Under the pieces are notes generated by a model. The model searched no databases and was not told the DNA's origin. It worked only from the letters and a program-made list of their open reading frames with translations. Shown piece by piece: positions 23,414 through 34,536 of a stretch of DNA of 64,000 nt. Source of the DNA: Stegostoma tigrinum (Eukaryota); the NCBI RefSeq assembly GCF_030684315.1, contig NC_081396.1, positions 248,001-312,000 on the forward strand, written 5' to 3'. Position 1 is the first letter of the stretch; every line of letters starts with the position of its first letter. A program made the position numbers and the translations under genes.

Positions 23414-25560
23414 ATGATTATAGAAACATCTGGAGAAAATGGATATTGCAAAGGTGATGGGCTGTCACAACACACTGACAATAGGATGGAAGCCAACTAC
23501 TGCCCCATCAATCTACTCTCACTCATCAGTAAATTGATGGAAGTTCTCATTAACAGTGCGATCAAGCTGCATTTGTTTTGCAAAACTGCTTCGAGTTTCA
23601 GTTTCACCAGGACCACTCAATTGCTGACATCATTACAGCCTTGGTTCAAATGTGAACAAAAGAAGTGAATTTCAGAAGGGAGCTGACAGTGACAGTCACT
23701 GACATCAAGATTACATGTGACTGAACGCGGCTTCAAACAGCCCTAGCAAAACGGTCATCAATGAGAATCAGGGAAAAGTTCTCCTCTTGTTAAAGTTACA
23801 CCTGGCACAAAGGAAACTGGCTGTGGTTGTTTAAAGACTGTCATCTTAGCTTCAGGACATCTCTGCAAGGAGTTCCTCAGGGTCATGTTCAAGTTCCAGC
23901 CACTTTCAGGTGCATTCTCAATGACCATCCCTCCATAATGTGGCCTGAAATAGGGATGTTCACCAATGACTGCACTGTGTTCAGCAATATTCATGAATCC
24001 TCAAACACTGAATTACTCCACGTCCAAGTGCAGCAAGGCCCGACAATATATAGTTTCAGCTGACGAGTGCCCAGCAACATTTGCGTCACACAAATGCCAG
24101 GCAATGAGCTTCTCCAGAGAGAGACATTCTAACCACTGCCCCAAATATTCAATGGCATTACCATTGCTGAATCCCCTGTAAACAGCGTCCTGGGGTGGGT
24201 TATCATTCACCACAAACTGAACTGGATTAGCCATACAAATACAATGGCTACAAGAACACATTAGAGGTGAGCAGTCCTGTCGCAAGTAACTCACCTCCTT
24301 ACACCACAAAGCTTGTTCATCATTGACAAGGCACAAGTCAGGAATGTGATGGAACACTCCCAACTTTTCCGGAAGGGTTCAGCATCAAAAACATTCAAGA
24401 TATTCGGCAACATCCAGGAAAAAGCAGCTCAATTGATTGGCACCACATCCACAAACATTCACTCTGCACCACTGACACTCAGTAGCAGCACTGTGTACCA
24501 TCTACAAGACGCACTGTGGAAAATCCCCATGGTGAAATAACTCCATGAAGGCATATATGCGATCATCAAGTCATCCTTTATTGATATGTGTGTTGTATAT
24601 AACACTGACCGAGCTAGCACAGAGCTGGCTCTGAGAGTGAACAGAAGTCCGGACACTCCTTTTTGTGACTGTCAGCCAGGGATCCCTGATTGAACCAGGT
24701 GAATAGCCCCAATCAGGGAACTCATATTGTGTTGATCTGCTTGGCTTGTCTCATTCCAATCACTTCATCCCTCTACCTCTAACTCCTGGGATGTACACCT
24801 TTTTCCTGTCACTTCGCCAGGGACATTTTGGCACTAGGTCTGGTTTCTCCGACCCTGCCTCAGATAGTGGTGGCATGTACCACAACATAGCCTGCCTATT
24901 GTACCTGAAATGTCTAAGCCAAAATCCACCTCCTCCGTCAGGCGATAAGGGTGTCAAGGCTGCAACATCTGCTTTGTTCATCTTGTCATCAGAGGTTTCT
25001 CCTTATTGTCACTGAAATAATACCATGAAGGCCGGTATCCAATCACCAAGTTACCCTTTATTTACATGTGCACAGGATGTGACACTGACCCAGCTAGCAC
25101 AGAGCCAGCTCCAAATGTGAACAGAATCCCTGAGAGCCTCGTTTACATCTGTCAGTTAGGGCTCCCTAATTCGACCTGGTTAACATCCCCAATCAGGGGA
25201 AACATCTTCAATGAGATCCCCCCACCTCACTGATATAATTCCAATCACTACACAAGGCTCCTTAGACAGCACCTTCCAAACCGAGGGCCATTCCCATTCA
25301 GAAGGACCTGACCAGCAGACATAAGGAACACTTCAACCTGAAAGTTTCCCTTTAAGGACTCACCATGCTGTTTTGAAAATCTATTGTCCTTCCTTCACTG
25401 TTGCTGGGACAAAGTCCTGCAGATTCTTCCCTGAAAGCATTGTGGGTGCAACTGCACAAAATGTACTGTCAGCTGTTCATGAAGGCCGGCTATCAGCACC
25501 TTACTCAGGGGGAACTCGGGATGGGCCAAAAATGCTGGCCTCGGGAATCTGAAGAAGGAA
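23414..25560 (+). mobile_element. Old CR1/L2-superfamily LINE RT relic (tail shared with the Deu-type SINEs)
   Basis: ANYCPINLLSLISKLME, GVPQG...FRCILND...MFTND remnants. Further decayed pieces of this family lie near 15.3, 17.9, 21.8, 40.6, 41.5, 46.2, 48.9 and 56.5 kb. Confidence 0.7.
24533..25252 (-). mobile_element. Miniature two-LTR element (TRIM-like or internally deleted Gypsy)
   Basis: Homologous TG...CA-bounded LTRs at 24533-24767 and 25013-25252; 245-bp interior; purine tract next to 24767 on the minus strand; imperfect 5-bp TSD catgg/caagg. Confidence 0.75.
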
Positions 25561-27209
25561 TTAAAAACAGTGAAGTACTAAAATGGATGGATTAAACAGC
25601 AGCAACTTAGGCACCAAACAAAAAAACATTGCCTGCTCAGTCTGTAGAACCCAAACATAATCTGACCTGCTTACACAAAGAGTTGGGATGCAGGGCATAG
25701 GTTGGGAATTTTTCAATAAAATAGACAGACCCTGGTCTGAACAAAGCCTGTCCTCCACGTACACGGCTCAAGTTTGGCATGTTATAGAATACTGTTCTCT
25801 TGCCTGGATGAGTGCAACTCCAACAACACTTAAAATTCAAAAACAAAAACAGAAATTACTGGAAAAACTCAGCGTGTCTGGCATTATGTGTGAAGAGAAA
25901 TCAGAGTTAACGTTTTGAGTCCGGTGACCATTCTTTAGAATTTAAAAACTCAATACCATTCTGAACCAAAATTCCCTGCTTGTTTGGCACCCCCTCCGCC
26001 ACAGTTTCTTGCTGCAGGATTCCTAGCTTCTGACATACTCTTGTAATTGCGGTATCTATAAGGCTGTTTCAGATCAGTTTCTGATCAATGCAACCTCCAG
26101 GATGTTGTTGCTATGGGATTCAGTGATGGTAATTTTTTTTCCAATTCTTACAGAAGATGTTAACATCCCTGCTCCGATCAGTATTTGTTGCCCTCGAACT
26201 GACTGGAGAAGGCATATCCGAGTCAAACAGGTTTCTACGGGTCTGGAGCCTATTGCAGGCCAGACTCTGAAATGTTGGCTGGTGTCTTTTCCTGGAGGAC
26301 ATTAGTGAACCTGATTGGTTTTTATGACAATCAATGCTGGTTACAGAGGTACATCAATCAAGCTTCTTTTTAATTCCAGATGGTATTGAATTCAAATTTC
26401 CACTATTTCTGACAGTGGGATTTGAAACGAGGTCCAAAGAATGTTACTTGTGGTCATGGATTTCTAACCAGCCAAAAATACCTTTTCCAACTACTTTTCT
26501 GCTGTGAATTGACAAAACTGACAAGATTTTCAAAAGAGCACATAATACTCAATCAGAACTCAGTCAGAACATTAGTGCATCACATGGAGGAGGTGGTGTT
26601 GTTGTGGAATATCACTTGATTTGTAATCCAGAAACCCAGGCTAACATTCTGTGGAAATAGGTTTGATTACAATAAAAAGCTGGAATAACAATCTGACCTA
26701 ATGATAACCAGATAACCACTTCTGACACGAAGTCCCACCTGGTTCACTAACGTCCTTTACGGAAGGAAGTCCGCCATCCGTACGTGTTCTGGATCACCTG
26801 TCACTCTGGATCCATGACAAAACGCTTGACTCTTAACATGATATAAGGAGGTGGAGTACATTATTTGACCCCTTAAGCATGCTCCACCATTCAATATGAT
26901 CATGGCTGATCATCCAACTGAGTACCCTGTTACTGCGTTGGTCCTATACCCTTTGATCCCTTCAGCACTCAGGATTTTATCTACCTCCTTCTCAAATACA
27001 TTCAATGTTTTGGCCTCAGTTGCTTTCTGGGGCAGAGAATTCCATTCGCTCACCAGTCTCTGGGGGAAGAAATCTCTTCCCATCACAGTTTGTAATGGCC
27101 TACGCAACATTCCGACTCTGTGACCTCTGGTTTGTGACTCACCGGTCATTGGGAACATTTATCTGCCTTTATCTTGTTGAGTGCTGTTCGAAGCTTAGAG
27201 ATAACACAT

Positions 27210-28230
27210 GTCATCCCTCCCATTCCTCTCCTATCTCTTTCCCACAGCATAATATACACTCACCCTTTATTCTATCCTGTCGCTCTCTTCACCTGCAATT
27301 CTGTTTAATCCCCTTTCCTTTTTTCCAATCCAGAAACACAATCCTCCCCAATTTTTCCTTCTTTTCACACACTCTCCCACTCTATCCTATGCCTCTGCTA
27401 TCACAGAGTCTGTGCATCTTTGCAGCTACAGCATTTTTTTTTGCAGTGAATGGAATTCAACACTGAGCAACAGAAACCTCTCACATATTTCACCCATCTA
27501 CAGATTCAGTACAGAGACAAATTCATCTTACCCACACAATCACTCATGAGAAACAACCTGGTCCTCTGCTTCCTGTTTTGAGCTGTTGGCTTGTCTGTGT
27601 CCACACAGTCTGTTTAGACAATGCGCAGTCAACCTGGAAGTGCAAGCATTTGCTTTTTTGCAGTGTCAGGAGGAAGGAGGAAAAAAAGCAGATGGGCGAG
27701 GGCACGGGGCAGTTTGCTTGATAAAAGTGAACCGATGTGCATGTCTGAACTACTGTGCAATGTTGGCTGTGAAGGAGGAGAGGAGAAAGGAAGGCAAAAG
27801 AGAGAGAGGTGATGAGAGGGAGGGAGAAAAGGTTGAGAACATCAAATGGGAGACAGAAGAAAAGAAAACGGACAGATATAAACAGAGTTGGGTCGAGGAA
27901 GAGAGAACTGTGTGATTGTGTACAGTAAGGACACAATATGAATTACTGTCTGTGTGGAGGTTGGAGTGGAGATTGGGATGGAAGGAAGGAGCAAAACAGA
28001 GAACACAAGGACATGAGAAATATGGGCAGGATGTGACCACTTTGAGCTTATCTGACTAATCATCAGGAACATGTTTGATGTTCTCCCAAAGCTCCAGCTT
28101 CTCACATCCCTTAATTTCCTTTGTACCAAAACCTAATCAAGATCTGTTGTGAATGTACTCAACAACTGAACCACAGTACTCAGGGGAAGAGAATTCAATA
28201 GATCACAGTCCATTGGGTGAAAAAATTTCA
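27210..28230 (+). promoter_or_regulatory. Paralogous non-coding module B (candidate enhancer)
   Basis: CTCATGAGAA 27543-27552, CTGCTTCCTGTTT 27566-27578, AGCTGTT 27581, AACCTGGAAGTGC 27631; pyrimidine-rich left flank, purine-rich right flank. Homology is seen directly; function is inferred. Confidence 0.5.
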
Positions 28231-28274
28231 AAATGGCATCTTCACTTGTAAGTCAGGCACACAGGATACTTTAG

Positions 28275-28667
28275 AGTTTAGAAGGATGAGAGGCGATCTG
28301 ATTGAGACGTATACGATTATTAAGGGATTGGACACTGTGGAGGCAGGAAGCATGGTCCAGGACCAGAGGACACAGTTTAAAAATAAGGGGTAGGCCATTT
28401 CGAACAGAGTTGAGGAAAAACGTCTTCGCTCAGAGAGTGGTGGATATATGGAATGCTCTGCCCCAGAAGGCAGTGGAGGCCAACTCTCTGGATACTTTCA
28501 AGAAAGAGATGGCGAGAGCTCTTAAAGATAGTGGAATCAAGGGTTATGGGGATAAGGCAGGAACAGGATACTGATTGTGGATGATCAGCCATGATCATAA
28601 TGAATGGTGGTGCTGGCTCGAAGGGCCGAATGGCCTACTCCAGCACCTCTTGTCTATTGTCTATTGT
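28275..28667 (+). mobile_element. CR1 3' fragment (different subfamily)
   Basis: SRTRGHSLKIRGRPFRTE.RKN.F.QRVV..WNALP; (tctattg)n tail. Confidence 0.88.
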
Positions 28668-29742
28668 TCTGGAGGAATGGGCTCAAATAGTAGAGTAGTT
28701 GAGCATGAATTGAGTGTGCTATTTTTTAATAAAATAATGTGCTTCAAAATATTCGAATTAAAAGTTAGGCCAATGAGTACAATGGATTATTAGGGACTGG
28801 CGGAAAATTCACCTGTTTCACCAATGCCTGTCAGGAGAGGAAAATCATCCAGTTTGTCCAAAATGCCACGACAGATCCAAAGCAATGTCTTGACTCTTAA
28901 ATGTCCTTTGAAATGATTTGGCAAATCACTCAGTTGCACCTGAAGGCTTTTGCTTCATCACTCTCTCAAGTCTATGCACGCTGTTCCAATGCAGTAACCA
29001 CACTGACATCTATGTGGCAATATGCAAAAGCAGGAGAAAACCAACTTGGTCAACCAATACTCCATTTGTCTCTTTTTAATCATTAACTAAAGTGATGAAC
29101 GTGTCTTAAGCAGTTCCATCATGATGCAATAATAACGTGTCGACTCGCGTTCAGTTTCGGTTCTGCAGAAACTGCAGCATATATAGGATGAACATGTGGC
29201 TGAAAAGATGGTCTGAGGGGAGGTTTTTAGATTCGTGCAGCATTGCGACTGGTTCTGAGATACATGGGGCTCGTACGAACTGGACGGGTTACATGTGGGC
29301 AGGACAGGAACTGTTATCCATGGTGGGGATACTTGGTAGAGTGGTTTGGGAGGGTTTAATCGAGTGAGGCAGGGGAATGGGCACCAGAGGTGTAGATTAG
29401 TAGAAGCAGGAATTGATGGAGAGCTAGAAACCATTGTAAACATTACTAAGAACGAGACCCGGCAGGAAACACTGTTGAAAAGAACAGAGGAGGTATTCTG
29501 AAATGCATGTGTTTCAACTTGAGAAGTATAATAGGCAAGGTAGGTGAATTTAGAGCTTTGGTTAGTACATGGAACTGTGATGTTATTACAATTTCAGAGT
29601 TTTGGCTGAAAGAGGGACAGGATTGGCAGCTGGATGTCCCAGATTTTCGATGTTTCAGGTACGGTAGAAAGGGAGGTAAAAGGGGTATGGAAGCGAGGAT
29701 ACATCAGAGGTCTCATGCAGCAAGGCAATATAGGTAGAATAA

Positions 29743-30261
29743 TATTGCATGCAGTTCTGGTCGCCCCATTACAGGAAGGATGTGGAAGCATTGGAAAGGT
29801 GCAGAGGAGATTTACCAGGATGTTGCCTGGTCTGGAGCGCAGGCCCTATGAAGAAAGGCTGAGGGACTTGAGTCTGTTCTCATTGGAGAGAAGGAGGCTA
29901 AGAGGGGATTTATTAGAGACATACAAGATGATCAGAGGATTAGATAGGGTGGACAGTGACAGTCTTTTTCTGAGGATGAGGACTTCAGCTTGTACAAGGG
30001 GGCATAGCTACAATTTGAGGGGTGATAGATTTAAGACAGATGTCAGAGGCAGGTTCTTTACTCAGAGAGTGGTAAGGGGGTGGGACGCCCTACCTGCCAA
30101 TGTAGTTAACTCAGCCACATGAGGGGCATTTAAACAGTCCTTGCATAAGCATACGGATGATGATGGGATAGTGTAACGGGAGGGGCTTAGATTAGTTCAC
30201 AGGTCAGCGCAACATCGAGGGCCGAAGGGCCTGTTCTGCGCTGTATTGTTCTATGTTCTAA
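29743..30261 (+). mobile_element. 5'-truncated CR1 3' end inserted in the host CR1
   Basis: KVQRRFTRMLPGLE...RGRFFTQRVV; tail gttctatgttcta. Confidence 0.88.
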
Positions 30262-30520
30262 CTCAGGAATAGGAAAGGTGAAATCACAATGCTCTAGGTG
30301 TATTACAGGCCTCCCAGCAGCCAGCAAGAGATAATGGACAGAATGTGCAGACAGACTTTGGAAAAATATCAAAACAGCAGGCTACTTTTGACTTCCCCGA
30401 TAGAACATAGAAAAGTACAGCACAGTAGAACATAGAACATAGAACATAGAACAGTACAGCACAGAACAGGCCCTTCAGCCCACAATGTTGTGCCGACCAT
30501 TGATCCTCATGGATGCACCC

Positions 30521-33418
30521 TCAAATTTCTGTGACCATATGCATGTCCAGCAGTCTCTTAAATGACCCCAATGACCTTGCTTCCACAACTGCTGCTGGCA
30601 ACGCATTCCATGCTCTCACAACTCTCTGCGTAAAGAACCTGCCTCTGACATCCCCTCTATACTTTCCACCAACCAGCTTAAAACTATGACCCCTCGTGCT
30701 AGCCATTTCTGCCCTGGGAAATAGTCTCTGGCTATCGACTCTATCTATGCCTCTCATTATCTTGTATACCTCAATTAGGTCCCCTCTCCTCCTCCTTTTC
30801 TCCAATGAAAAGAGACCGAGCTCAGTCAACCTCTCTTCATAAGATAAGCCCTCCAGTCCAGGCAGCATCCTGGTAAACCTCCTCTGAACCCTCTCCAAAG
30901 CATCCACATCTTTCCTATAATAGGGCGACCAGAACTGGACGCAGTATTCCAAGTGCGGTCTAACCAAAGTTTTATAGAGCTGCAACAAGATGTCACGACT
31001 CTTAAACTCAATCCCCCTGTTAATGAAAGCCAAAACACCATATGCTTTCTTAACAACCCTGTCCACTTGGGTGGCCATTTTAAGGGATCTATGTATCTGC
31101 ACACCAAGATCCCTCTGTTCCTCCACGCTGCCAAGAATCCTATCCTTAATCCTGTACTCAGCTTTCAAATTCGACCTTCCAAAATGCATCACCTCGCATT
31201 TATCCAGGTTGAACTCCATCTGCCACCTCTCAGCCCATCTCTGCATCCTGTCAATGTCCCGCTGCAGCCTACAACAGCCCTCTACACTGTCAACGACACC
31301 TCCGACCTTTGTGTCGTCTGCAAACTTGCTGACCCATCCTTCAATTCCCTCGTCCAAGTCATTAATAAAAATTACAAACAGTAGAGGCCCAAGGACAGAG
31401 CCCTGTGGAACCCCACTCACCACTGACTTCCAGGCAGAATATTTTCCTTCTACTACCACTCGCTGTCTTCTGTTGGCCAGCCAATTCTGTATCCAAGCAG
31501 CTAAGTTCCCCTGTATCCCATTCCTCCTGACCTTCTGAATGAGCCTTCCATGGGGAACCTTATCAAATGCCTTACTGAAGTCCATATACACCACATCCAC
31601 AGCTTGACCCTCATCAACCTTACTAGTCACATCCTCAAAAAACTCGATAAGGTTTGTAAGGCATGACCTACCCCTCACAAAGCCGTGTTGACTGTATTTG
31701 ATCAAGCCATGCTCTTCCAGATGGTCATAAATCTTATCCCTCAGAATCCTTTCTAACACCTTGCAGACGACAGACGTGAGACTTACCGGTCTATAATTGC
31801 CGGGGATTTCCCTATTTCCTTTCTTGAAGAGAGGAATTACATTTGCCTCTCTCCAGTCCTCAGGTACGACTCCAGTGGAGAGCGAGGATGCAAAGATCTT
31901 CGCAAGTGGCGAAGCAATTGCATTTCTCGCTTCCCAAAGCAGCCGAGGACAAATCTGATCCGGGCCTGGCGACTTGTCAATCTTAATGTTTGACAAAATT
32001 TTCAGTACATCAGCTTCCTCTATCTCTATCCATTCCAGCATGCACACCTGCTCTTCAAAGGTTTCATTCACTACACAGGTCGTTTCTTTCGTAAAGACAG
32101 AAGCAAAAAACTCATTTAGGGCTTCCCCTACCTCCTCAGGCTCCACACACAAGTTCCCTATGCTATCCCTGATCGGCCCTACTCTTTCTTTGACCATTCT
32201 CTTATTCCTCACGTAAGTGTAAAATGCCTTTGTGTTTTCCCGGATTCCTTCTGCCAAGCCTTTCTCGTGCCCCCTCCTGGCTCTCCTCAGACCATTTTTG
32301 AGCTCCTTCCTTGCCTGCATGTAATCCTCTCTAGCTGAACTTGACCCTAGCTTCCTCCACCTTATGTAAGCTACCTTCTTCCTTTTCACGAGAAGCTCCA
32401 CCGCTCTCGTCATCCAAGGTTCCTTTATCTTACCCCGTCTTGCCTGTCTCAGAGGGACATATTTACTCATCACTCCCAACAACTGTTCCTTAAACCATCT
32501 CCACATGTCTATAGTTCCCTTACCATGGAACAACTGCTCCCAGTCCATGCTTCCTAACTCGTGTCTAATCGCATCATAGTTTCCTCTTCCCCAATTAAAT
32601 ATCCTCCCATTCTGCCTAATCCTCTCCTTCTCCATAGCTATGTAGAATGAGAGAGTGTTATGGTCACTATCACCAAAATGCTCTCCCACCACAAGATCTG
32701 ATACCTGCCCCGGCTCGTTTCCGAGCACCAAGTCTAGAATGGCCTCTCCCCTCGTCAGCCTGTCAACGTACTGCGTTAGGAAACCCTCCTGAACACACCT
32801 AACAAAAACAGCTCCATTCAAATCTTCTGCTCGAAGGAGGTTCCAATCAATATTAGGAAAGTTAAAGTCACCCATTACAACAACCCTACTGCGTCCACAC
32901 TTTTCCAAAATCTGTCGACCTATGCTTTCTACAATCTCCCTGCTGCTATTGGGGGGCCTGTAGTAAACCCCTAACGAGGTGACTACTCCCTTGCTGTTCC
33001 TAATTTCCACCCATACTGACTCAGTAGGCAGATCTTCCTCGACAATGGAAGCTTCTGTAGCTGTGATACCCTCTCTGATTAGTAGTGCTACACCCCCTCC
33101 TCTTTTTCCCCCCTCCCTATTCTTTTTAAATGTTCTAAACCCTGGAATATCCAGCAACCATTCCAGCCCATGAGAAACCCATGTCTCTGTTATGGCCACA
33201 ACATCATAGCACCAGGTACTGATCCATGCTCTAAGTTCATCACTTTTATTCCTGATACTCCTTGCATTAAAGCAAACACACTTTAACCGATCCCTTGGTT
33301 CCTTCCCAGGAAAATCCTTCCCACTAGCTGGTCTACCTCTTGCTACTGCCTCACCTGCATCAACGCTCACCTCTGGTATACAGCTCAGGTTCCCACCCCC
33401 CTGCCATACTAGTTTAAA
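30521..33418 (-). CDS. CR1 ORF2: AP endonuclease plus reverse transcriptase (uninterrupted; no AUG before the endonuclease domain)
   Basis: CFNARSI, AITETW, GDFN, LDL, SDH (APE); KSPGPD, NYRPVSLTS, QHGF, DFSKAFD, PQGSVLGP, FADD (RT). The frame is open from a TTG at 33529; the start is drawn at the slippery site. Confidence 0.95.
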   Translation of the reverse strand, partial: FKLVWQGGGNLSCIPEVSVDAGEAVARGRPASGKDFPGKEPRDRLKCVCFNARSIRNKSDELRAWISTWCYDVVAITETWVSHGLEWLLDIPGFRTFKKNREGGKRGGGVALLIREGITATEASIVEEDLPTESVWVEIRNSKGVVTSLGVYYRPPNSSREIVESIGRQILEKCGRSRVVVMGDFNFPNIDWNLLRAEDLNGAVFVRCVQEGFLTQYVDRLTRGEAILDLVLGNEPGQVSDLVVGEHFGDSDHNTLSFYIAMEKERIRQNGRIFNWGRGNYDAIRHELGSMDWEQLFHGKGTIDMWRWFKEQLLGVMSKYVPLRQARRGKIKEPWMTRAVELLVKRKKVAYIRWRKLGSSSAREDYMQARKELKNGLRRARRGHEKGLAEGIRENTKAFYTYVRNKRMVKERVGPIRDSIGNLCVEPEEVGEALNEFFASVFTKETTCVVNETFEEQVCMLEWIEIEEADVLKILSNIKIDKSPGPDQICPRLLWEARNAIASPLAKIFASSLSTGVVPEDWREANVIPLFKKGNREIPGNYRPVSLTSVVCKVLERILRDKIYDHLEEHGLIKYSQHGFVRGRSCLTNLIEFFEDVTSKVDEGQAVDVVYMDFSKAFDKVPHGRLIQKVRRNGIQGNLAAWIQNWLANRRQRVVVEGKYSAWKSVVSGVPQGSVLGPLLFVIFINDLDEGIEGWVSKFADDTKVGGVVDSVEGCCRLQRDIDRMQRWAERWQMEFNLDKCEVMHFGRSNLKAEYRIKDRILGSVEEQRDLGVQIHRSLKMATQVDRVVKKAYGVLAFINRGIEFKSRDILLQLYKTLVRPHLEYCVQFWSPYYRKDVDALERVQRRFTRMLPGLEGLSYEERLTELGLFSLEKRRRRGDLIEVYKIMRGIDRVDSQRLFPRAEMASTRGHSFKLVGGKYRGDVRGRFFTQRVVRAWNALPAAVVEARSLGSFKRLLDMHMVTEI

Positions 33419-34335
33419 CCCTCTCGAACTACTCGAGCAAACCTTCCACCCAGGACATTGGTCCCCTTCCAGTTCAGATGCAACCCGTCCTTCTTGTACA
33501 GGTCCCACCTTCCCCAGAAGGCATCCCAATTATCAACATATCTGAAACCCTCCCTCCTACACCAGCTGCGTAGCCACGTGTTCAGCTGCGCCCGCTCCCT
33601 GTTCCTCACCTCGCTATCTCGTGGCACCGGTAGTAAACCAGAGAACACTACTCTGTTCGTCCTGCTCTGCAGCTTCCATCCTAACTCCCTGAAATCACTT
33701 TTTATATCCTCAAACCTATTTCTGGCTATATCATTTGTGCCAATATGTAACACGATTTCTGGCTGTTCACCCTCCCCTTTCAGAACTTTATACACCCGAT
33801 CGGAGACGTCCCGGACCCTGGCACCAGGGAGGCAACATACCTTCCGGGAATCCCGATCTTGCCCACAAAATCTCCTGTCGATTCCCCTAACTATCGAGTC
33901 CCCTACCACGAGTACTTTTCTATTCTGCCCCCTTCCCTTCTTTGCCACAGTGTCAGGCTCAGTGCCAGAGAACTGACTACTATGGCTTTCCTCTGGTAGG
34001 TCAACCCCCCCAGCAGTATCCAAAACGGTATACTTATTGCTGAGGGGAATGCCCACAGGGGATCTCTGCACTGTCTGTCTGTCCCCTTTCCTCCCCCTAA
34101 CTGTAACCCATCTATCCTCGTCCTGAGCCTTAGGAGTGACCAACTCCCGATAACTCCTCTCAATTACCCCCTCTGCCTCCCGAATGATCCGTAGTTCATC
34201 CAGCTCCAGCTCCATTTCCCTAACACGGTTTTCAAGGAGCTGTAGCTGGGTGCAGATGTAGCCAGCGGAGACGTGTGCCACATCTCCCAACTGCCACATT
34301 TTGCAGGAGGAGCAAGCAACTGCCCTAGCATCCAT
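33409..34335 (-). CDS. CR1 ORF1: N-terminal Cys motif, leucine zipper, SGNH/GDSL esterase-like domain
   Basis: ATG at 34335 (MDARAVACSSC); LENRVREMELELDEL coiled coil; VVGDSIVR, HIGTND and DGLH esterase blocks. Confidence 0.93.
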   Translation of the reverse strand: MDARAVACSSCKMWQLGDVAHVSAGYICTQLQLLENRVREMELELDELRIIREAEGVIERSYRELVTPKAQDEDRWVTVRGRKGDRQTVQRSPVGIPLSNKYTVLDTAGGVDLPEESHSSQFSGTEPDTVAKKGRGQNRKVLVVGDSIVRGIDRRFCGQDRDSRKVCCLPGARVRDVSDRVYKVLKGEGEQPEIVLHIGTNDIARNRFEDIKSDFRELGWKLQSRTNRVVFSGLLPVPRDSEVRNRERAQLNTWLRSWCRREGFRYVDNWDAFWGRWDLYKKDGLHLNWKGTNVLGGRFARVVREGLN

Positions 34336-34536
34336 ACCCCACTTATCTGAACACCCACTCAATACAAAACCAGAAAGCTTACTTCAAGTAATAATAACAA
34401 ATTAATAACAAACTTATGTTCAATAGAGAAAGTTTAGAATGAACCTTACCTTATTAACTAGGTTAGAGGAGGAGGGCGGGTGGGAGACACTACAGTTGTA
34501 GAGTCTCGGGTTAAGCCGCCTTGCTGATATATATGG

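Noticed and set aside
27543-27660. Module cores as pre-miRNA hairpins or coding exons
   Set aside because: Only short pairing (GAGAAAC/GTTTCTC in D) that is not kept in all copies; no conserved ORF or splice sites across A-D. A structured RNA cannot be fully excluded without folding and covariation analysis.
30953-33976. Plus-strand ORFs of 60-180 aa opposite the CR1 ORFs
   Set aside because: Antisense shadows of RT and ORF1 coding sequence; similar shadows recur in the other CR1 copies here.
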